Assembly (NCBI GenBank): GCA_963774015.1
Contig: CAVZDH010000001.1
Coordinates: 1,206,945 to 1,270,944, forward strand
Direction: 5' to 3'
DNA: 64,000 bases
Origin: an uncultured delta proteobacterium
Lineage (GTDB): Bacteria; Desulfobacterota; Binatia; UTPRO1
The notes below the pieces were generated by a model that was given only the letters and a program-made list of their open reading frames with translations, had not been told where the DNA came from and searched no databases. A program made the translations under genes and the position numbers. Shown here piece after piece: positions 57,990 to 64,000 of the stretch (its first letter is position 1; every line of letters starts with the position of its first letter).

Positions 57990-59225
57990 ATGCAGGGGAT
58001 CGGACGCTTCGGCGGGATCCCGGCGGTCGAGCGGCGCCTGCTTGTGCTCCTCGGAACGGCGAACGCCGTCAACGGCTACGACCTCGGCATCCTGACGCTC
58101 GCGCTGCCGGCGATCCAGGCCGCGCTCGGTATCGCCGAAGCCGACGTCGGCTGGATGCTCGCCGTCATCCGACTCGGCATGCTGCCGGCGTTGGCGCTCG
58201 GTGTGCTCGCTGATCGCCACGGCCGCCGTTCGCTCCTGCTCGCGACGATCGTCGGGTTCACGGTCTGCACCGTCGGCACGGCGGCCGCGCCGAGCGCGGC
58301 GATCTTCGTTGCGATCCAGCTCGTCGCGCGCGTCTTCATCGCGGCCGAGGATACGCTCGGCATCGTCGTCGTCGCCGAGGAGATCACGGCGGAGCGGCGC
58401 GGGCTCGCGCTCGGCGTCCTGGCCGCGCTCGGCGGCATCGGGCACGGGCTCGCGGCCGTGAGCTACGCGATCGTCGGCAGTGGGCCGGACGGATGGCGGC
58501 TCCTCTATCTCGCGGGCGCACTTCCGCTCGGCGTGATTGCGTGGCTCAGGCGGAGCCTCGTCGAGACGCGCCGCTTCGTCGCCCATCGCACGCGGCTCCT
58601 CGGCGCCGGGGGCGGAGCGTTCTGGCAGCCACTGCGCGCGCTCGTCCATCATCACCCGCGCCGCGTGCTCGCCCTCGGCGGCATGATCCTGCCGATCTAT
58701 TTCGTGACCGCACCCGCCATCGCGTTCCAGTCGAAGTTCCTGCAAGAGGCGCACGGCTACGCGCCGGCGACGATCGCGGGGCTGTACTTCGTCGGCGGTC
58801 TGGTGAGCGTGGCCGCGCAGCTCGGCGTCGGCCGCGTGAGCGACGCGGTCGGCAGGAAGCCCGCCGCCGCTCTGATGCTCGCGCTTACCGCCGGCGGTAC
58901 GCTCGTCCTCTATCGCGGGCACGGCGGATGGGTGCTCGCGGGATGGGTCGTGATGATCGCCGCCTATCTCGGCCTCGACGTCATGGTGAGCGCCCTCGGG
59001 AGCGAGCTCTTCCCGACCGCCTACCGATCCACGGCGTCGGCCGCGCGCGCGGTGACGGCCACCGTGGGCGCGGCGCTCGGCTTGGCGCTCGAGGGACCGC
59101 TCTTCACCGTGACGGGCAGTCACGGCGCCGCGATCAGCTGGATGGTGGCGCCGCTGGCGGTGGTCCCGCTGGCGCTCGCCGCGCTGCCGGAGACGGCACG
59201 ACGCGAGCTGGAGGAGATTCCGTAG
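57990..59225 (+). CDS. MFS transporter
   Basis: 12 hydrophobic segments. The ..LADRHGRR.. motif lies between TM2 and TM3. Confidence 0.8.
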   Translation: MQGIGRFGGIPAVERRLLVLLGTANAVNGYDLGILTLALPAIQAALGIAEADVGWMLAVIRLGMLPALALGVLADRHGRRSLLLATIVGFTVCTVGTAAAPSAAIFVAIQLVARVFIAAEDTLGIVVVAEEITAERRGLALGVLAALGGIGHGLAAVSYAIVGSGPDGWRLLYLAGALPLGVIAWLRRSLVETRRFVAHRTRLLGAGGGAFWQPLRALVHHHPRRVLALGGMILPIYFVTAPAIAFQSKFLQEAHGYAPATIAGLYFVGGLVSVAAQLGVGRVSDAVGRKPAAALMLALTAGGTLVLYRGHGGWVLAGWVVMIAAYLGLDVMVSALGSELFPTAYRSTASAARAVTATVGAALGLALEGPLFTVTGSHGAAISWMVAPLAVVPLALAALPETARRELEEIP

Positions 59226-59275
59226 ACGGGGCCGGCGTCGACGGCGTCGCGCTCGAATGCTCCGGCGGGCGGGCG

Positions 59276-61650
59276 CTACGGGGCGCACTCGCAGGGGTAG
59301 GCGACGAACTGCGGCACGCGCAGACGGTCGACGCACAGCACCTCGTGCTCCGCGATGCAGGCGGTGCACTCGATGAGGTCGGCGAGCGTCTCGACGGGGC
59401 GATCGCAGAACGGGCCGCCGTCCGGAACCTGCAGGCCGGGGCAGGCCGCGGCGAAGCCGATGGCCGCGGGCGCGAAGTCGTCGCTGCCGCCGCTGCCGGC
59501 GATCGGGGTCTCGTCGAGCCCGATGACCGTGTCGTCGCAGCGCCGATCGGCGCCGCCGCATGCCTTGCAGATCGCGGTGACGCGCTTGCGGTCGGCCTTG
59601 GCGATGTTGATCGCCGCCTTCCGTGCCGGGCTGCGGATCGCCGCCGCCGGATTCGGGCACACGTCGGTGTGCTTGCCGGCCGCACGCGCGTCCCAACATT
59701 TGCGGAGCTGCTGCTCCTTGGCGATCGCGAAGCGGGCGGTTGCGGCGCCGATGGTGCGCTGACAGCGGTTCAGCGCCTGCGACGGGTCGGTGTCGGTGAG
59801 CGTCCCGTACGCGAGCGTACGCGCTTGTTCGACGGCGGCGTCGCCGACGCACGCGATGCAGGCCGCGATGTCGCCGCAGTCGCCGATCGACGCCGTGCAG
59901 TCGAGCGCGTCGGCGCCGACGATGCTCGGACAGACGGCGGGCCAACCGAGCGCGGCGGGGGTCGCTTCGTTGGTGAGATCGCCGCCGCATCGCTTGTCGT
60001 CGCCGCCGCAGACCTTTGCGATCCCGCGCGCCAGCTTGTCCGCGGCGCTCGCGATCGCGGCCGAGGCGGCGGCATCGGGACAGGGCCCGGGCGCGGCGTG
60101 CCTCACGACCGCCTGGGCGCAACGCTCGAGCGCCTTGGTGTGGGTCGCGAGAAATTTCGACGCTTCCTTCGCGATCGCGCGCCGGCACTTGGTGGTGCGC
60201 GCGCTGACGGGCTGCTCGGTGGCCGGTGCCATTCCCGGCGTGCAGGTGGCGCGCGGGGTCGCCGTCACGCTCGGTGTCGGAGTCGCGGTTGCGCTCGCCG
60301 GGGGCGTTGCCGAGCGTGTAGGCGTCGCGGTCGGCGTCGGCGTCGGGGTTGCCGTGCGGGTCGGGGTCGCCGTCGCCGAGACGGTCGGCGTCGGGGACGT
60401 GGTGGCGGTCGGGGTCACGCTGGGGGTGGCGGTCGGACTCACGGTCGGCGTCGGGCTCGTCGTCGCGGTCGGCGACGCGGTGAACGTCGGCGACGCCGTC
60501 GTCGTCGCGCTCGCCGACGCGGTCGTCGTCGGGGTCGCTCTGGTGACGGTCGGCGTCGGGCTGCGCGATGCGGTCGGGGCCGGCGTCGTCGGGTCGGCGT
60601 CGGTGTCGGCGTCGCGGAGAGCGTGGGCGTCGCCGCCGGGGCGGCGAGGCTGTTGAAGTACCAGTTGTAGCCCGTGTTGAAGTACACCGTTCCGGACGTG
60701 ACGACGACGTGCTGTCCGTTCACGAGAAACGCACCGCCGGCGTTGCACTGCGCGAAGCTCGTCTGGGCGTCGTCGAACTTGAGCACGATGTTGCAGCTGG
60801 TCGTGAGGCCTGCATAGCTGAGCGTCACGGTATAGTCGTCCGTCGTGCCGGCGGTGAGATCGAGGCCGCTCATGCCGAGGCGGAGCGTCGCCACGTCGTC
60901 GGTGGTCAGGTGGCGCTGATCCTCGTCGTAGAAGGCCCCTTGCTGCATGACCGCCTCGGTGTTCGGGTAGCCGAGCAGCGCCGCGACGGTGCGGTCCGCG
61001 TTGGTCGGGAAGAGATGCCCGCTCGGCAGGTCGGCGACGTCGCGGCTGTAGGTCGTGGCGTCGACGACGCTCGCGATCGTGAACGGGTCGTCGTTCGCTT
61101 TGCGGAACCAATGCAAGTTGACGTCGTCACCACGGACGTCGTCGCTGGAACCGATGACGGTGTCCGCGCCGTCGTCGACGTTGAAGACGTTGTCGGCCCC
61201 GTCGGTCGACTTGGTGTAGTTCTGGTCGTTGCCGGTGAGCCCCGACTCGGTGGAGAGGTTCGGGTGGCCGAGGCCGAGGCAGTGGCCGACCTCGTGGAGC
61301 GCGGTCGACTCGAAGTCGATCTCCGTCGCGCCGATGTCGTTCGCGGCCCCGAAGAAGAGGTTTGGGCTCGTCGGTGCGAGCGCGTTCCACGTCGCGGCCA
61401 CGTTCTGCACCGGCTGGACCATGCTCGCGGCGTTCGCCGAGGCCGGGTCGATGCAGATCGTGACGGTGAGATTGCCGCCGGTACCGTTGTAGCCGGCCGG
61501 GTGCGTCACGACGCCGACGCCGTTGGCCTCGCCGGCGAAGATGAACGAGCCCGCCGACGTCGGGGCGGGCGTGAGCAGGGCGGCTGCGAGCGCGGCCGCG
61601 AGGGCGCAGAGCGCACGGTGTCCGCGCCACCGAGCGGGACGGTCGGTCAT
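59276..61650 (-). CDS. secreted zincin metalloprotease ([11 protein letters not shown]) with a Thr/Pro-rich linker and a C-terminal triple Cys-rich repeat domain. Single frameshift near 60640 in the linker.
   Basis: Signal peptide [26 protein letters not shown]. Catalytic HExxHxxGxxH. The two ORF-track frames (60439..61773, 59276..61111) join inside the low-complexity TP linker. C-terminal repeats ..[26 protein letters not shown].. x3. Confidence 0.65.
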
Positions 61651-62285
61651 CGCCGCACGCGCGTGAAGCCGGGGTGGTCGCGGAGCGCGCGCAGCTCCTG
61701 CTCGGCGGCCGCGAGATTGCGAAGCGCCGGGACGTCGGGATGCGCCGCGGCGTCCACCCGCAAGCCGGTCCACGCGACCCGCCGCTGCACGTCCCGGACC
61801 TCGCGGGCACCGGGAGTCGCCGGCACGTACCGGTTCGCGGTGACCTCGATGACGGTGGTCGACTGATCGGAGGCCTCGAACAGCACGACGGGTTGCCGCG
61901 CGGCGCGGGCGCGGTCACGCGCCGACTGGGTGGCGGTGCGGACGGCCGCGCGGGTGGCGGCGGCGTCGAAGTCGAGGACGCCTTTCGCGGCGAGCGAGGC
62001 GAGGAGCGCGTCGCGCTCGCGCGGCGCGAGTCGACGCTCCCAGTCGCCGGCGCGCTTCATGTAGAGCGGGTAGTGCGCGACGAGGCGACCGTCGCCGTAC
62101 AGAGTGAGCGTCGGTCCGCGGTCGGTACCGGCCATCTCGCCCAGCAGCTCGCGGTACACGACCACGACCGCATCGGGTCGCCGGGCCGCCTCGAGGATCG
62201 GAGCGGCGATCGTCGCCCCCGGGGCGACCGTGCCGAGCAGCAGCACCGCGACGACGCTCGCCGACGTCGCCATGAGAGACCGCAT
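61647..62285 (-). CDS. hypothetical secreted protein
   Basis: MRSLMATSASVVAVLLLGTVAPGATIAAP signal. ATGA-coupled to the protease gene downstream. Confidence 0.5.
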   Translation of the reverse strand: MRSLMATSASVVAVLLLGTVAPGATIAAPILEAARRPDAVVVVYRELLGEMAGTDRGPTLTLYGDGRLVAHYPLYMKRAGDWERRLAPRERDALLASLAAKGVLDFDAAATRAAVRTATQSARDRARAARQPVVLFEASDQSTTVIEVTANRYVPATPGAREVRDVQRRVAWTGLRVDAAAHPDVPALRNLAAAEQELRALRDHPGFTRVRR

Positions 62286-62364
62286 GCCGATTCGTACGCG
62301 CGCCTCGCCCATGCCTTGACCCTAACGGCAGGGTGAGCACGCGAGTTGAGTCGTGGACGCGCGG

Positions 62365-63348
62365 ATGTCCAGACGCGCGCCAAAGGTGTGTCCGGGCGGG
62401 CCGCGTGATACGTCGAGCGCGGTGGAGGCGCCGATCGTCGAGGCCGTCGGGCTGCGCAAACGCTACGACAAACGCGAGGTGGTCTGTGGGGTGGACTTCA
62501 CGGTACGGGCGCGTGAGTGCTTCGGTCTGCTCGGACCCAACGGCGCCGGCAAGACGACGACCATCCGGATGCTGACCTGCTTCTCGCCGCTCGATGCCGG
62601 GACGCTCACCGTCTTCGGGCTGGCGGTGAACACCGCCAATGCGCGCGCCATCAAGAGCCGGCTCGGCGTGGCGCCCCAAGAGGAGAATCTCGATCCCGAT
62701 TTGACGGTCGCGATGAACCTGGTCGTCTACGCGAGCTATTTCGGCATCGGCGGCGCGGCGGCGCGGGCGCGCGTGTCCGAGCTCTTGGTGTTCGCCGAGC
62801 TCGCAGATCGTGCGGACGATCGCATCGCGACGCTTTCCGGGGGCATGAAGCGCCGCCTGGTCCTCGCGCGTGCGCTGATCAATCGCCCGCGCCTGTTGGT
62901 GCTCGACGAGCCGACGACGGGACTCGACCCGCAAGCGCGCCACCTCGTGTGGGAGCGCCTACGCGAGCTCAAGCGCAGCGGCGTGGCGATGCTCCTCACC
63001 ACGCACTACATGGAGGAGGCGGAGCAGCTCTGCGATCGGATCGTGGTGATGGACCACGGCCGCATCATCGCCGAGGGCACGCCGGCATCGTTGATCGCGG
63101 CGCACGTCGGCCGCGACGTGATCGAGGTCGCAGCCGGCGATCTCGCCGCGCGTGCGCGTGTCCAGGCGCTTTGTCACCCGCTCGGCGGGCGCATCGAGAC
63201 CCTCGGTGATCGTGTCATCCTCTACGTGAACGGCGAGCCCGAAGCGCGCGCCGCGCTCGCGGCGCTCGTGTCGGAAACGATCGTGCATCGGCGCGCGACG
63301 CTCGAGGACGTCTTCCTCACCCTCACCGGTCGGGAGCTCCGCGAATGA
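62365..63348 (+). CDS. ABC transporter ATP-binding protein (ABC-2 / DrrA-NodI type)
   Basis: Walker A GPNGAGKTT. Signature LSGGMKRR. Walker B LLVLDEPT. Confidence 0.85.
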   Translation: MSRRAPKVCPGGPRDTSSAVEAPIVEAVGLRKRYDKREVVCGVDFTVRARECFGLLGPNGAGKTTTIRMLTCFSPLDAGTLTVFGLAVNTANARAIKSRLGVAPQEENLDPDLTVAMNLVVYASYFGIGGAAARARVSELLVFAELADRADDRIATLSGGMKRRLVLARALINRPRLLVLDEPTTGLDPQARHLVWERLRELKRSGVAMLLTTHYMEEAEQLCDRIVVMDHGRIIAEGTPASLIAAHVGRDVIEVAAGDLAARARVQALCHPLGGRIETLGDRVILYVNGEPEARAALAALVSETIVHRRATLEDVFLTLTGRELRE

Positions 63349-64000
63349 GCCTCGGCTTCGTCGGCGGGACGCTGCGCGTCTGGCGGCGCGACATGGAGAG
63401 CTGGCGGAAGTACTACAAGGCGTCGCTCGTCGGCGCCCTCGGCGAGCCGATCCTGACGTTGCTCGCGATCGGCTACGGCCTGGGCCGGTTCGTCGCGATC
63501 GACCCGAGCGGAAGCGGGCTTTCGTATGCGCATTTTCTCGCGCCCGGCATTCTCGCCTCGGCCGCGATGAACGCCGCGAGCTTCGAGGCGACGTTCGGGT
63601 CCTTCACCCGCATGACCGAGCAGAAGACGTACGACGCGATCCTCGCGACGCCGATCGGCATTCGCGAGATCGTCGCGGGCGACACGCTCTGGGCCGCGTC
63701 GAAAGCGACCGTATCCGGCACCGCCGTGCTGCTGGTCGCCGCCGCGGCGGGTCTGATCCGGAGCCCGTGGGCGTGCGCCTTGCCGCTCGTGGCGCTTCTC
63801 GTCGGGCTCGTCTTCGGGGCGATGGGGCTCGTCGTTGCGTCGCGGGCACAGGCGTACGATTTCTTCACGTACTATTTCACGCTCGTGATCTCGGTCATGT
63901 ACTTCCTTTCGGGCATCTTCTTCCCGCTCGCGAGCCTACCGGCGTGGGCGCGCGCAATGGCGTGGTGCCTCCCCCTCACCCACGCGGTGGCGCTCTCGCG
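63345..64000 (+). CDS. ABC-2 type transporter permease (3' end beyond window)
   Basis: ATGA-coupled to the ATPase. Hydrophobic segments. ..RMTEQKTYDAILATP.. ABC-2 signature region. Confidence 0.75.
   Translation, partial: MSLGFVGGTLRVWRRDMESWRKYYKASLVGALGEPILTLLAIGYGLGRFVAIDPSGSGLSYAHFLAPGILASAAMNAASFEATFGSFTRMTEQKTYDAILATPIGIREIVAGDTLWAASKATVSGTAVLLVAAAAGLIRSPWACALPLVALLVGLVFGAMGLVVASRAQAYDFFTYYFTLVISVMYFLSGIFFPLASLPAWARAMAWCLPLTHAVALS

Overview
This is a ~70% GC window, gene-dense, and it looks like a Myxococcota/Deltaproteobacteria-type genome. That guess rests on myxo-type cysteine-rich CGDG...CDDGN modules, TMTC-like TPR membrane proteins and many secreted proteins. No rRNA, tRNA or CRISPR was seen.

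The window has three blocks:
- **Block 1 (1-15.5 kb):** decayed metabolic genes (an amidohydrolase and an acetoacetate-decarboxylase-like gene, two frameshifts each), small secreted or lipoprotein genes, a large frameshifted secreted adhesin-like gene, and a mobile/toxin-antitoxin patch (ParDE, serine-recombinase debris, a TumE/TumA-like pair, an IS66 remnant, an IS110 fragment, a Uma2 endonuclease).
- **Block 2 (15.7-33.2 kb), the centrepiece:** a ~12 kb minus-strand operon of nine genes. Five carry canonical radical-SAM (rSAM) CxxxCxxC motifs, one of them fused to a B12-binding domain. Two more are rSAM/SPASM-like but lack the cysteine triad. One is a flavin tryptophan-halogenase homolog. 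Two are small tandem HxsD-like proteins. Divergently across a ~580 bp regulatory gap sit a Tat-signal protein, an HxsA-like precursor ending in 16 His-Gly-Ser repeats plus a C-terminal Trp, and a 1262-aa secreted protein built from ~25 near-identical 32-aa Cys repeats. I read this as a strongly elaborated His-Xaa-Ser (HXS) RiPP-like system.
- **Block 3 (33-64 kb):** three more paralogous Cys-repeat giants (one fused to a purple-acid-phosphatase domain, one to a zincin protease), GT39/TMTC-like glycosyltransferases, a two-ORF NadE region, rsmI, an MFS transporter and an ABC-2 transporter.

At least ~17 single-base frameshifts cluster in a subset of genes, while the long rSAM genes are intact.
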